From: Candidatus Aenigmatarchaeota archaeon
GTDB taxonomy: Archaea; Aenigmatarchaeota; Aenigmatarchaeia; CG10238-14; SCSR01
Direction: 5' to 3'
Assembly (NCBI GenBank): GCA_039000165.1
Contig: JAWBTW010000002.1
Coordinates: 19,242-83,241 of the forward strand
Length of the DNA: 64,000 nucleotides
Position numbers and translations under genes: made by a program
Shown: positions 36,330-47,216 of the stretch, one piece after another
How positions within the stretch are numbered: position 1 is the stretch's first letter
Layout: every line of letters starts with the position of its first letter
The notes under the pieces: generated by a model
Database searches by the model: none
The model's input: only the letters and a program-made list of their open reading frames with translations
What the model was told of the DNA's origin: nothing

Positions 36330-37055
36330 CTATTCTTTCTTAACAACAATTCCTTTATTAGTAATTTCTATGGGATAAATGTCAGTTCCATGCTTAGTGT
36401 GACGCATCTTTCTTATAAGCAAGCTTCTTGGTGTTCCTCCTCCTGTAAATTCCAAATAATGCAAAACTATTACTGCATCTACTATAAATTCCTCAAAACC
36501 AAATCTTGATAAGGCTTTTGTTGCTTCTGGTATCTCTCCAACTATCAAGCTTGTTACTCCATACTGTTTTAACCTCATTATTAGCTCGAAAACCTTTGCC
36601 CTTAGCTCAGTAGGGTCAGAAGCCTTTGCAGCAAAAGCTACCAAGCTTAAACCATCTAGAACAAAACGAGTAGCGTTTACTTCCTTTATCCTCTTAAAAA
36701 TTTCATAATCCAAATCATCACAAGATTTAGGAAAAACATACTCTATTATACATCTTCCTTGTTGAATGTAAGGCCTGAAGTCCATCCCAAACTGCAAAGC
36801 TTGCGAGATTATATCTTCTGCTGGCTCTTCCAAGGTTATGTAAACTACATTTTCACCCTTTTGCAAGCCATGCCAAATGTATTGAGTACAAAAAATCGTT
36901 TTTCCTGTTCCTGTTTCTCCTGCTATCAAAACTGCTGAGCCTTTAACAAAACCTCCTTCTATTAGTCTATCCAAACCAGGAATTCCTGTTTCTACCCTTT
37001 CAGGTTTTCCTTCCTCTTTTGGTTTTTCAGAAACTTTTTTCATCTTTTTCTTCAT
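36330..37055 (-). CDS. KaiC-like RecA-superfamily ATPase next to the pilus locus
   Basis: TGIPGLDRLIEGG, GETGTGKT, IRKMR. Confidence 0.9.
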   Translation of the reverse strand: MKKKMKKVSEKPKEEGKPERVETGIPGLDRLIEGGFVKGSAVLIAGETGTGKTIFCTQYIWHGLQKGENVVYITLEEPAEDIISQALQFGMDFRPYIQQGRCIIEYVFPKSCDDLDYEIFKRIKEVNATRFVLDGLSLVAFAAKASDPTELRAKVFELIMRLKQYGVTSLIVGEIPEATKALSRFGFEEFIVDAVIVLHYLEFTGGGTPRSLLIRKMRHTKHGTDIYPIEITNKGIVVKKE

Positions 37056-37154
37056 CAAAATAAAATTTAGTTTTTTGGGTTAATAAATTTAAAGAAAAAA
37101 GAAAAGAAAGATAATCTTGATTATTTATTTTTAGGCTTTGGATAATTCAACTGT

Positions 37155-37646
37155 TTATGCTGATTCTACAGGACCTGTAATTCTTGCTGTAAAGTCGTGA
37201 GATACGTCACCTGTAGTATAATACTTCCCTGATACGTCAATTGTGTAGCAATCACCAACAGCTACGGAATCTGGATCTGCGCTGGTTATGTCTACTGTTA
37301 TCTCTGCGGTTTGACCTGTCTGTAAAGTTGTATCTGCACCTGGCCAAGTTGCTGTATCACCTGTTGGCGACATACTAAAAGTTAGAGGAGAAGCAGCCTT
37401 AAAAGTTATAGCCTCTGGCAAACCATTCGTTATTCTCATCTGCAATCTATTTCCGTTTGCTATCTGTGTTACTTTTATATAACTTCTATCAGTAGAAAAA
37501 CCTCCTGGAACAGTTACTTGTGTTCCTGTCCATCTGCAAGGCTTTGTTAGCCCTAGAGCATACAAAGCAGCTACTACGATTATCACTATTAGGATTGCCC
37601 ATCCATAAGTCATCAAATACTCCAAAGCGGTTTGTCCTTTCCTCAT
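37155..37646 (-). CDS. Type IV pilin (probable major pilin)
   Basis: Class III signal MRKG|QTALEYLMTYGWAILI. Confidence 0.88.
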   Translation of the reverse strand: MRKGQTALEYLMTYGWAILIVIIVVAALYALGLTKPCRWTGTQVTVPGGFSTDRSYIKVTQIANGNRLQMRITNGLPEAITFKAASPLTFSMSPTGDTATWPGADTTLQTGQTAEITVDITSADPDSVAVGDCYTIDVSGKYYTTGDVSHDFTARITGPVESA

Positions 37647-37688
37647 TTTCTCACTAAAATTGAATTTCTTTTTCTTTAAATATAAGCT

Positions 37689-38687
37689 TTATGCTGGCAA
37701 GAAAAACAGGTTTGCTAACAAAAGCCTTGCTCCAATAAAAACCAAAAGCCCTACAGCGATTAAAGCAAAAACAAATTTTATTCCTGCCTTTTCCTTTCCT
37801 GCCTCTATTAAACCAATAATTATTCCTCCAAAAGTTGTTGTTATGATAATGGCTGCCATGGAAAAGTTAAAGATAAATTGAGGATCAATAGAAGGAGCAG
37901 CAAATTTAATTATGCTTAATCCTCCTACTGCAGAAGTTTCAGGCATCTCTATTCCTGCGCTAACCCTTATTATCATCTCTACTAAATGAGTTGAAATTGC
38001 ATAAAGCAAAGGAGCACCAATAGCTACAGCAAAAAGAATAAACATTCCGTACATAGCAACATTAGCCCTTACTTCTTTTCTTAAAGATTGAGTTTGTCTT
38101 GCATCGTTTGCAGTTTCATCAAGCAAAGTAGCTAGTTCTCCTCCTGAACGCAAGCCTTCAACTATAAGCCTTATAGCTCTGTTAAGCATTTTCGACTCAA
38201 TCCTCTTAGGAATTTCAAGCAAAGCGTCCTCTATGGTTCTTCCTGTTAAAGCTTCCTTTGCCGCCCTTTTTATTTCTATTTCTAAGGGCCCAAACTCAGG
38301 TCTTGCAGCAAGAAGCAAAGCTCGATCAGGAGTAATTCCTGCCCTAATGTTTGCTGCCATTAGTTGCAAGGCATCTGGTAAAATTTCATCAACAAAAGAA
38401 GCCTTCCTGTCAGCTATTAGAATTAGAATAGCATGCTCAACCAAAACAAAAACACAGAGAAAACCAAGAAAAGCAATTATAAAGTAGAGAAAATTTATGA
38501 AACCGATCAAGAAAAGGGAAAGGCTTATTATGAAGCTGAGGAAAATTTCTACCAATAAAGTAAAGCCGATAAAAATATCAACGCTAGTTGGAATTCCACA
38601 ACAAACAAGTTTTCTTTCTAGATATTCTCTATAACCTTTTGGCATCGCTCTTCCGATTTTCCTGTAAATCTTAACAAAACTTATCAT
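37689..38687 (-). CDS. T2SS F / TadC-like platform protein
   Basis: LPDALQLMAANIRAG, EFGPL, SGG.LA..L plus TM helices. Confidence 0.88.
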   Translation of the reverse strand: MISFVKIYRKIGRAMPKGYREYLERKLVCCGIPTSVDIFIGFTLLVEIFLSFIISLSLFLIGFINFLYFIIAFLGFLCVFVLVEHAILILIADRKASFVDEILPDALQLMAANIRAGITPDRALLLAARPEFGPLEIEIKRAAKEALTGRTIEDALLEIPKRIESKMLNRAIRLIVEGLRSGGELATLLDETANDARQTQSLRKEVRANVAMYGMFILFAVAIGAPLLYAISTHLVEMIIRVSAGIEMPETSAVGGLSIIKFAAPSIDPQFIFNFSMAAIIITTTFGGIIIGLIEAGKEKAGIKFVFALIAVGLLVFIGARLLLANLFFLPA

Positions 38688-38688
38688 C

Positions 38689-39597
38689 TTATACCTCCAG
38701 GCTTGGCCTCCTAACTTTTATCAAACCAATAAACATGAATTGGAAGATTATCAAGAATCCCAAAATTAGGTATAGGAAAATGTCTAAGGGCAGGAATGAA
38801 AGACCAAAGAAAGAAGAAAGAATTATTATGAAAGTTATTCCTAGAGTTGGAATAATAACTGCAGTCATCAAATACATCAAAGCCATAGGATTAAGCTGAG
38901 CTCCATACCTTCTAATCTCAATTCTCTGGTCTATTGCTAAGCCATTAACTATTTCTCTTAAAGTTGTTGCTATGTCTGAGCCAGCTCTCATTCCATTAAC
39001 TAGTTGCCAAATAACCCTTCTAAAGTAGAGAGAAGGATTCCTAAAAGACATGTTTTCCAAAGCTTCTATCTCAGAAACTCCTGCGTTTATTTCCTTTACT
39101 GCTTCTTCAAATTCTTCTGAAACCAAACCATAATCTCCTGCAGCAACAGAAACCATAGCGTTAAAAAGAGTAACTCCTGACCTAACTTGAATCAGCAAAT
39201 GCCTTAAAGCATAGAGCAAATCTCTTTCCAAAAGCCTTATTTTCTTAATCAAGAGCATTTTTGGGTAAAGAATTACGTAATAAAAAACAAAGAAAGTTAT
39301 TCCTATATCTAGGGAAAGCATGGTAACAAGATAAGTTGGAGTAAAGGCAGCTAAAGGATTTAAAGGATTAGAAATTATCCCCAAGAAAATTGTTATGAAA
39401 ATCATTAGAGCAAAATAAAAAAATGCGGTAAAAATTGCTAAGGCAATGTATTCCCTAGGGTTCAAATCAACCTTTGCTTGTTTAAGCTCATAACTTAAAG
39501 AAGGAAAAAGCTTTGCCATCTCTTTGCTTACTCCAAAAAACTTCCTTGCATAATTCAAAGCTACTTCTGTTTTGAAAGGAAGTAGGGGAATCCTCAA
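38689..39597 (-). CDS. T2SS F / TadB-like platform protein
   Basis: LLYALRHL...SGVTLFNAM, YGLVSEEF, multiple TM helices. Confidence 0.88.
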   Translation of the reverse strand: MRIPLLPFKTEVALNYARKFFGVSKEMAKLFPSLSYELKQAKVDLNPREYIALAIFTAFFYFALMIFITIFLGIISNPLNPLAAFTPTYLVTMLSLDIGITFFVFYYVILYPKMLLIKKIRLLERDLLYALRHLLIQVRSGVTLFNAMVSVAAGDYGLVSEEFEEAVKEINAGVSEIEALENMSFRNPSLYFRRVIWQLVNGMRAGSDIATTLREIVNGLAIDQRIEIRRYGAQLNPMALMYLMTAVIIPTLGITFIIILSSFFGLSFLPLDIFLYLILGFLIIFQFMFIGLIKVRRPSLEV

Positions 39598-42500
39598 GTT
39601 TTCAACTCCTTCATCAAATCTCCTAACAATCTCTCTGGACTAATATTAGCTTTTATTGCACTTATTATTTTTTCTGGTTCAGAATAATACTCAGAAATAA
39701 CAAAACCAACAGTATTGACAGTATTAATATTGTGCCTAACTAACCAATCAAGAACCATTTGCCTTTGAGCAAGCTCTTGAGCTATTTCTTGATCTGTCAT
39801 TCCTGTGTAAAGCCTTAAGTCGTCCATTATTCTCATGCTTGTCTTGAAAGGAATAATTTCATCCTTATCTGCTCTCCACCTAAACAAAGTGTTAAGCTGA
39901 ACTCCTCTTTCACTTGGAATAATTTCAGAAACTTGAAAAACTCTCCTTATTCCTTTTCTTCTGTCTCTGTGCATTGCTAGTATAATATGCAAAGCTTCTA
40001 AGAGCATTTCTGGCACGTTTATCGGTGGATTAACTAATCTTCTAACAGTTTGCTCTGCAGTGTCTGCATGCAAGGTTGAATAAACTGAATGACCAGTGTG
40101 CATAGCTTCGAACAAAACTTCTGCTTCCCTTGCCCTTCTTATTTCTCCTACTATTATTCTGTCTGGCCTCATTCTCAAAGCGTTTACCATTAAATCTAAC
40201 ATAGAAACTTCTCCCTTTCCTTCAGGGTTCGGCTCTCTTGTTGTTAGAGGGACCCAGTGCAAGAAATCTGGCAACTGAATTTCTCTTGTGTTGTGCGCTA
40301 TTATATTGTTACAAACAAAACTTTCATTTCCTGGAACACTTATATCATAAACATAACCTTCAAACTCTCTTTCCTTTATTTCCTTTACTCTATCCCAAAA
40401 GATGTCGTTACTAGCTAACTTTATTAAAATTTCATTTCCACCATCGTTTGCAATCTTACTCACAATTTCTTTCAACAATTCTCTCCCTATGTTAGATTTC
40501 ATGTAATTTCTGTGCCAAGATTTCCATCCCTTATAACTTCTTTTTACTCCAACCTCTTCTTTTAACAATTTTTTAAGTCTGAGATAAAAGTGCTTTGGCA
40601 AAGGAACTACATCAGAAACATCATGGACTTTTTTATGCAACAAACTAAAAAGTTTTTCGTTGTTTTTCTCTTGCAAAAATCCAACTTCATAAAAGAAAGT
40701 TTTTAAAAATTTTGAACCAGAGATTGTTGCTTGATAAGTATTATCCTTAAACTTTTTTCCTATTCTTAAAGGAATTCCAAACCTTAGCAAAAGTGTTTGA
40801 ATATCTTTTAGAAGATTGAATGAAACAGAAGAAACTGCAACATCCTTTGACCTTACCCAACCATCTCCTGAAAAGTATCCTTTTAAAAATGCTGCTAGCT
40901 CTTCTTTTTCCAGACCAAAAACCCAACTTGGAACTCTTTTAGTATAGACATTTCCTTCTAACCCTAAAACTTCTTTGAAAAATGTTTTAAACAGTTTTGA
41001 ATTAAGCATCAAGGAAATTTTATCACTATGCAATTTACAACCCATTCTAAACCTTTTTGCAATTTTCCTAATAATTTTTTTACTTTCCTCATCAGTAACA
41101 GAAAAAATAACAGAATTTCTATCGTAACAGCCATCTGCAAGCCAAAGCCCAGCTACTAATGCTAAATCTTTATTTACGCTAACTTTTAAAGGTAAGAAAG
41201 AACCGCTTCTAGATTTTATTTTTCCTTTTCTTGGTTTAACGTTTAGCTTCTGCAGCACTTCAGCTTTCAAAACTCCTTTTTTTAAGTAATAGTAAGCTTG
41301 TTGCTTTGATAAAAGTTTTGATTCTACCAGCTTTTTAAAGTTTTTTCTAATAAATTCTTTGTCCACTTCAACAAAACATCCTTTGAATTTCTCAAGCTCT
41401 AAGGAAAGGTCAAAAACTTTCTTTTTTCCTTCATAAGGGAGTATTCTTGGTACTGCAATAAAACTTCCAACTTTTATTTCTTTTCCAGGAATTGGCACTA
41501 TTTCACCGTTTTCGTTCAAACCAAAAAGAGAATGATCTTCTGTAACTGAAATCTTTCTTCCGCTAGCTAAAATTATATCTAAAACTTTCTTTTTTACTTT
41601 ATGCCTAATAAAGTGGGAAGGTAGAGCAAGCTTAATTTTTCCATCTTTATCCATGGAAAAAATTTTTATGTTATCTTTGTTTTCAACTTTTTCTTCACCA
41701 TCGGGGAGTAAAGAATCTATTAGTTCGCCAATAGCCTTTCTAAAGATTTCTCCTTTCCTTTCAAAAAGGATTTCACAATCGCCAGTGACGCTATCCTCTA
41801 TCGAAACAATTCTATGGTTTGGTGGAATGAAAGTTGTTAAAACGTTCAGAATAGAAGTTTTTCCTGTTGCAGTCCCCCCAGAAACTATTATGTTCATTTC
41901 ATAATGAATGGCAAGCCAAAGCAAGGAAGCTACCTCTTTGTTTATTGTATTGTTTCTTATCAAGTCAGTTATCGTCCAAGGTTTTCTCGCAAATTTTCTT
42001 ATCGTAATAGTATTTCCTTTTGTTGAAATCGGGAATAAAGTTGCGTTAACTCTGTCTCCTGTTGTTAGGTGCGCATCCATCAAAGGGTTTAAACTAGTTA
42101 TTTGCCTTCCAACTTTCCTTCCTATCATGCTTGCATAGTTGTAAATTTCCAAATCACTTTTTATTACTATGTTAGTCTTAAGCCAACCATACTTTTTATG
42201 ATAAACCCACAAAGGCTCTTGAGAATTGTTTATAACTATTTCTTCCAGATTTTCATCCTTAAGCAAAACTTCAACTTTTCCCAAGCCTAGCATCTCATGA
42301 ACTAAAGTACCTGCCAAAATTCTTTTTTCTTCCTCAGAAATTCTTGGTAATTGTCTTTGAATTAGTTCTAAAGCCTTGTTGAAAAACCTTTGCTTCAAAT
42401 CTTCCATCACTCTTGGGTCAAGAATTTCCTGAACTTTCACTCCAACTTCAGTTATTAACCTTTCCCTTATAGCAGATAAAACTGCTAGGGTTGCTTCCTC

Positions 42501-42614
42501 AAACTTTGGTAAAGAAACTTCATAAATGGGAACAAATTCACCTTCTATTTTAACTATGTTAACCTCTGCAGGCACACCTTCTGCAACAAGCTTATAGCTA
42601 TCCAATATTCTCAT
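39594..42614 (-). CDS. Pilus assembly ATPase (TadA/VirB11 family) with intein
   Basis: GGTATGKT, IED|intein|TREI, LRMRPDRIIVGEIR, TGH..YSTLHA. Confidence 0.92.
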   Translation of the reverse strand: MRILDSYKLVAEGVPAEVNIVKIEGEFVPIYEVSLPKFEEATLAVLSAIRERLITEVGVKVQEILDPRVMEDLKQRFFNKALELIQRQLPRISEEEKRILAGTLVHEMLGLGKVEVLLKDENLEEIVINNSQEPLWVYHKKYGWLKTNIVIKSDLEIYNYASMIGRKVGRQITSLNPLMDAHLTTGDRVNATLFPISTKGNTITIRKFARKPWTITDLIRNNTINKEVASLLWLAIHYEMNIIVSGGTATGKTSILNVLTTFIPPNHRIVSIEDSVTGDCEILFERKGEIFRKAIGELIDSLLPDGEEKVENKDNIKIFSMDKDGKIKLALPSHFIRHKVKKKVLDIILASGRKISVTEDHSLFGLNENGEIVPIPGKEIKVGSFIAVPRILPYEGKKKVFDLSLELEKFKGCFVEVDKEFIRKNFKKLVESKLLSKQQAYYYLKKGVLKAEVLQKLNVKPRKGKIKSRSGSFLPLKVSVNKDLALVAGLWLADGCYDRNSVIFSVTDEESKKIIRKIAKRFRMGCKLHSDKISLMLNSKLFKTFFKEVLGLEGNVYTKRVPSWVFGLEKEELAAFLKGYFSGDGWVRSKDVAVSSVSFNLLKDIQTLLLRFGIPLRIGKKFKDNTYQATISGSKFLKTFFYEVGFLQEKNNEKLFSLLHKKVHDVSDVVPLPKHFYLRLKKLLKEEVGVKRSYKGWKSWHRNYMKSNIGRELLKEIVSKIANDGGNEILIKLASNDIFWDRVKEIKEREFEGYVYDISVPGNESFVCNNIIAHNTREIQLPDFLHWVPLTTREPNPEGKGEVSMLDLMVNALRMRPDRIIVGEIRRAREAEVLFEAMHTGHSVYSTLHADTAEQTVRRLVNPPINVPEMLLEALHIILAMHRDRRKGIRRVFQVSEIIPSERGVQLNTLFRWRADKDEIIPFKTSMRIMDDLRLYTGMTDQEIAQELAQRQMVLDWLVRHNINTVNTVGFVISEYYSEPEKIISAIKANISPERLLGDLMKELKT
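40290..41792 (-). mobile_element. Intein (501 aa) with LAGLIDADG homing endonuclease
   Basis: Starts SVTGD, block B VTEDHS, GLWLADG and GYFSGDG, VYDISV, ends HN before Thr. Confidence 0.92.
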
Positions 42615-43261
42615 TTTCTCATCCTTAGCTCAGGTTCGCCTATTGCAGGATAAAAAATTTCAGCCAAACCATGATCTTCCAAAATCTTTGCCCATTCTTC
42701 TATAACTTCTTTGCTTACATTAAACATTTTTTCCAGCTCGCTAAACTTTACTCTTTTCTTTTCCTTTATAACAGCAAGTATTCTGTCTATATCAGTTTCC
42801 ATCATGCTCGGAACTTTTTCCACAGTAGAGACTTTTTCAGAAACTGCTTCTGCCATGAGCTTAGCAAGAGATTTTATTATATCGTCTCGAGCAATTATTC
42901 CTACAATATTATTCTTTTTATCAACTACAGGAAGCCTTTTAACTTTGTATAAACTCATCAATAAAACAGCTCTATCTAAACCATCCTCTTCATTAGCTAC
43001 TATAACAACTTTTTTCATTATTTCCTTTACTTTTGTCACACCTTTTTCTTTTAAGGCTCCTTCATCTATTGCTAACAAATTTTTCTTTCCTACCAAATCC
43101 AAAATGTCTGCTTCTGTTATTATTCCAACTATTTTTCCTTCTTTAACAACAGGTAAGCCTGAAACTTTTGATTCTGCAAGAATTTTTACAACTTCCATTA
43201 TGCTTTGTTCAGGAGAAACTGTAATAACATTTTTTGACATAACATCCTTTACTTTAAGCAT
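42611..43261 (-). CDS. CBS-pair protein with C-terminal wHTH-like domain
   Basis: VKDVMS, SGLPVV..VGIITEAD, RLPVVD..VGII; C-terminal IEEWAKILEDHGL. Confidence 0.85.
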   Translation of the reverse strand: MLKVKDVMSKNVITVSPEQSIMEVVKILAESKVSGLPVVKEGKIVGIITEADILDLVGKKNLLAIDEGALKEKGVTKVKEIMKKVVIVANEEDGLDRAVLLMSLYKVKRLPVVDKKNNIVGIIARDDIIKSLAKLMAEAVSEKVSTVEKVPSMMETDIDRILAVIKEKKRVKFSELEKMFNVSKEVIEEWAKILEDHGLAEIFYPAIGEPELRMRK

Positions 43262-43299
43262 ACTTATCTAATAATTAATTTGATTTTCTTAATTAAAAT

Positions 43300-44307
43300 T
43301 TAGCAAGGATTAAGCAAAGGATTCCCAAAAAGTTGATATTTCATTAAACGTTGCTGATCGTCAATTTCATTATCAATTCTAAACCAGTTTGGTACATCTG
43401 GGTTGTTTATCCAATAACAACTCAAATCTTCTGACCGAATCGAAGAGTTCCAGTAAAGAAAATCTACAACAGTCCTGTTTGGCTGAGGTTCTATACCTAA
43501 AGCTTTTAACTTTTGAATATTAACAAAACTTTCCAACCCTATTAACATTGAACTCTGATAATTTGCTACCAGCCTTCCTTCCAGTCTATCTAAAAAGCTT
43601 GGCCCGTATAGCGAAGAATGAAAATACCCATTTTCTGCATCGTTAGCTAAATTTTCGAAATGATAGTTTCCTGAAGAATCTTGATAAGTATGATTGCTTT
43701 CAAAAGGACACTTCCAAATTGTTTTTCTATATCTTCCATTGGTATATAAAGGTGCTAAAGGATCCTCTAAACCTTCAATAGAAATCAAAACTTCCTTTTG
43801 CCCATTTCTATAAATCCTTATTGTTTCAGTGTTATCAGAAATGTTTATCGTGAAATTTATTCTGAAAAGGATGTTGAAACTATCAAAAGGCTTTATTTCT
43901 ATTTCGCTTGTGTTTAGCTTGAATTTAAAAGTTTTGTTTGCTTTTTTCTCTATTTCTTCCATCCAGTAGGTTATGCTATTATTGTACATGATATCATTTC
44001 TGCTTCCTTCTAGGGTTCCATTTTGAGCTAGTTCAAAAATTTTTTCTATAGCTTTACCTTGTTCAAAAGGTTTTCCTCCTAAAGTAACGTTATCAACAGC
44101 TGCGATCAAAGCCCTTTTTGCTGAAATTCTTAAAGCTCTTTCTATATCCTCTTCTATATTTTTTGCAAAATAGTGCAATTGGTCAGAAATAATTTTTTCT
44201 GCTGCATCTTTCCTTAAGGAATAGGAAATGTTTAAGTAAGTGAGTAGAATTGCTACTACCGAAGCTACAATCAAAACTGAAATTATAGTATAGATTAAAC
44301 CTTTCAT
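43300..44307 (-). CDS. Pilin-like secreted protein
   Basis: MKG|LIYTII hydrophobic N-terminus; N-x-S/T rich. Confidence 0.7.
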   Translation of the reverse strand: MKGLIYTIISVLIVASVVAILLTYLNISYSLRKDAAEKIISDQLHYFAKNIEEDIERALRISAKRALIAAVDNVTLGGKPFEQGKAIEKIFELAQNGTLEGSRNDIMYNNSITYWMEEIEKKANKTFKFKLNTSEIEIKPFDSFNILFRINFTINISDNTETIRIYRNGQKEVLISIEGLEDPLAPLYTNGRYRKTIWKCPFESNHTYQDSSGNYHFENLANDAENGYFHSSLYGPSFLDRLEGRLVANYQSSMLIGLESFVNIQKLKALGIEPQPNRTVVDFLYWNSSIRSEDLSCYWINNPDVPNWFRIDNEIDDQQRLMKYQLFGNPLLNPC

Positions 44308-47216
44308 GCCCACACCTTTATTTCAAGATTAGTCAAACCCCAAAGAGAAGGAACTGCTGCAACGTACAAAGTTTCGAACAAAATCTCTGGAGTTATCATT
44401 ATGTCTATTGGGTTATTCTCGGTTCCTGGCCACCAATTTCTATCACTAATATCTAAGGGATTTTCTGGCAAGTCAGGTGGTCTGATAAAGTTCAATTGGT
44501 TTAAAAGCATAAGAAAAGCATAGTCAACTGCGTTATGTGTAACGTTTAAATCTTGAACTCTTCCCAAAGTTGCGTTAAATTTAGGAACGTTTCTTCCTAT
44601 TACTACCGCATAAGAACCGTCTGCAGTTCCATCATGATCTCTATCATAGTAAACAGTTATGTTTCTCCCTTCTATGTAAGGAAAAACGATTGAGGAATAA
44701 GCTGTATAAGACTTAAAGCTTGCTGTATAAATTACTCTATCACGAGAGGAGCAAATGCTACTAGTATTAGTTGGGCCTAAGCCTAAAACAAGCCCAACAG
44801 TATTGTTTTCACCAGATTTTATATAGCTAGGAGAAAACTGAATGCTGAAAGGATCACCAAGGTAAACGTAATTGCTTCCAAAAGAGTCTAAACTCCAAGT
44901 AATATTCCAGTTATGAGCTGAGTTGTTAACATAAACCTTTCTTGACCAGAAATCAGAAGAATAGGAAGTTCTTATTACATCTAAAACTTTTACTTGTTGA
45001 GGAACAAAAAATGTTCCATTACAACCAAAAGGGTTTGTTTCAACTTTTAAAGAAATTTCCCCGTATTCTTCTTTTGCTTCAGGTTCGTAGTAGAATTCTA
45101 TGTAAGAGTCTGGATAAAGATAATTTCCTTTAAAAACTTCCCCTGTTATGTTTATTCTTTGAGCGACATAAGCTCCTGCAAAATATTCTGCAAACTGCTT
45201 GTAAATTCTTTTTAGTTCTTCATAATCATTACTTTGAGCGTATCTTACTGCTCTACAATCAGCTGTACTTCCATTTGGTAGTGTTACTTGACCTATCCAA
45301 GTATTTGAAGAACAATTCCAACAGGCTATTCTTTGAAGAGTATATTCGTCTGCCTCGTCGCCAAAAGCAACAGCAAAAACTACATAACCTTTATTTCTTG
45401 CTTCACACGCTTTATATACACTACAATTTACAGGATTATCCCATGGTGATGGACAAGAACCGCAAGATGTCATTCTATTTGCAATACCGTCGCTCATCAC
45501 TAACATACCTCTAAACTTTTCAGAAGAACTTAAAGTATCTAGCATTTGGATTGCCATATTTATTCCGCAACATATACAAGTGGTAGACAAAGGCCTATAA
45601 GAATTAATTTGATTAATAAGCTGAGTTGTATTATTAGTCAAACTAAGCACTCGGTCTACATCCTGGCTATAACTTACTAACCCAACTCTATTACCAGAGA
45701 CATTTAAAACTGTATAAACAAAATCTCTATCAACTTCCCTTGCCATATCCATTTTTTGTCGACAATATCTTCTTTGAACGTCGCAATTTGGAAAACCTAT
45801 ATATGGGCATCTTCCTCGACTATACCTGCAATAATAACTCCAGCAAAAGTTGCCAATAAATCTTATACCGCACCATTCGTTTGTATAATTGAAATTAGTA
45901 GAATCGCCTAAGACATCAACGCCTTCCATACTTCCTGAAACATCAGTTATCAAAACAGCATCAGCCAATCCTACACCACCATAAGCTTGAAACTCTTCAC
46001 TTCCAAACCTTATCGGCACAGTTCTGTTGCTAACATTTCCTTTCAAAGCATTTATTCCACCAAATTTTTCAGAAATATTTTCAAAACTTAAATCAATAGT
46101 TACTTCACCAGTAGCGTTCGTTCTGTTAAGTTCTATTCCACCTATGTTTAAAAACATCTCAATTCCTATTCCATCGGGAGTTGTTAAGTTACTATAATAG
46201 TGTAAATGAATTCTCATTCCATTAGTTTCATCTAAGGTTCCTGGCAAGTAAAAAGAATCATAAAGGTTTATCAAACCATAAATTCCTGGGAAATAATACC
46301 TATAAACATTTTTTCTAGGAGAAGCAAATTCCGTAGTATCATAAGTAACTTTTATATAGCCACCTCCGATAAACTGCTCGTTTATATCAGGAGAGGTAAA
46401 GTTTATGTCAAAAGCAGTCTCATTGCCATAACCTTTGTTTATTTGGTTCAAACAGTGTTGCCCGTTACTTTCATTAATAACAAAGCTATCTACTGCAAAA
46501 TAACCAGAAGAAGTTTTGTTAAAAATCCCACAAAAAGTTTTGTTCACATAAAGAGTAAAATTGCTCCCAAAAGTCCCCTCTATATAAATTGAGGAAATGT
46601 TAGCATCCAAAGGAATATCTCTAATTATTGCTGTTATGTTTCCTTGACCAACAAAACCTCCAAAGTAAAAGTAAGAAGCTGTGTTTTTCCCTAAAATTTT
46701 TTCCAAATAAGCCCTTGCAGTATATCCTTCTACTGGTTTGCCAACAGCATAACCTGAAACTGTTGTTTTTGAAACCGAAAGCAAGCTTTTTACTGGTTTG
46801 CTCCTATTTGCTAAAGAAGTTCCATCCATAGAAACTTCATAACCCAAATTCTCAGGAATAGTTAGGTTAAGAATCGATTCTGTTATGTTTTTTGCCATGT
46901 TTTTTGCTTCTTCAGTTCCGTTAACCCACAAGCTTCCTATAACATCTAGCAAACTTTTATCCATATCTTCCTCTCTCAAAATTCCTTGATCTTTCAAATC
47001 CTTTATCGCAGGAAACTTATCTACAACATAAGAAACTTTTGTTTTTGTTAAGAGTTCTAAGGAATCTTGTGCAAGGTAGTGAAACCTTTCATAAGTTTGA
47101 TGCTGAACAAAAGAAGTCGTTCCTATAAAAGAAACAACTATAGCAAAAATTACTAATAAAGAAATTGCCAGAATTGCCTCTAATGAAAAAACCTGACCTT
47201 TCATTTTTATCGCCAT
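44304..47216 (-). CDS. Large pilin-like adhesin with vWA domain
   Basis: KG|QVFSLEA class III signal; DVSGS MIDAS, VGLVSY, MSDG. Confidence 0.82.
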   Translation of the reverse strand: MAIKMKGQVFSLEAILAISLLVIFAIVVSFIGTTSFVQHQTYERFHYLAQDSLELLTKTKVSYVVDKFPAIKDLKDQGILREEDMDKSLLDVIGSLWVNGTEEAKNMAKNITESILNLTIPENLGYEVSMDGTSLANRSKPVKSLLSVSKTTVSGYAVGKPVEGYTARAYLEKILGKNTASYFYFGGFVGQGNITAIIRDIPLDANISSIYIEGTFGSNFTLYVNKTFCGIFNKTSSGYFAVDSFVINESNGQHCLNQINKGYGNETAFDINFTSPDINEQFIGGGYIKVTYDTTEFASPRKNVYRYYFPGIYGLINLYDSFYLPGTLDETNGMRIHLHYYSNLTTPDGIGIEMFLNIGGIELNRTNATGEVTIDLSFENISEKFGGINALKGNVSNRTVPIRFGSEEFQAYGGVGLADAVLITDVSGSMEGVDVLGDSTNFNYTNEWCGIRFIGNFCWSYYCRYSRGRCPYIGFPNCDVQRRYCRQKMDMAREVDRDFVYTVLNVSGNRVGLVSYSQDVDRVLSLTNNTTQLINQINSYRPLSTTCICCGINMAIQMLDTLSSSEKFRGMLVMSDGIANRMTSCGSCPSPWDNPVNCSVYKACEARNKGYVVFAVAFGDEADEYTLQRIACWNCSSNTWIGQVTLPNGSTADCRAVRYAQSNDYEELKRIYKQFAEYFAGAYVAQRINITGEVFKGNYLYPDSYIEFYYEPEAKEEYGEISLKVETNPFGCNGTFFVPQQVKVLDVIRTSYSSDFWSRKVYVNNSAHNWNITWSLDSFGSNYVYLGDPFSIQFSPSYIKSGENNTVGLVLGLGPTNTSSICSSRDRVIYTASFKSYTAYSSIVFPYIEGRNITVYYDRDHDGTADGSYAVVIGRNVPKFNATLGRVQDLNVTHNAVDYAFLMLLNQLNFIRPPDLPENPLDISDRNWWPGTENNPIDIMITPEILFETLYVAAVPSLWGLTNLEIKVWA

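Noticed and set aside
42711..43271. 186-aa plus-strand ORF and other long antisense ORFs in the track
   Set aside because: They fully overlap well-supported genes on the opposite strand and show no motifs
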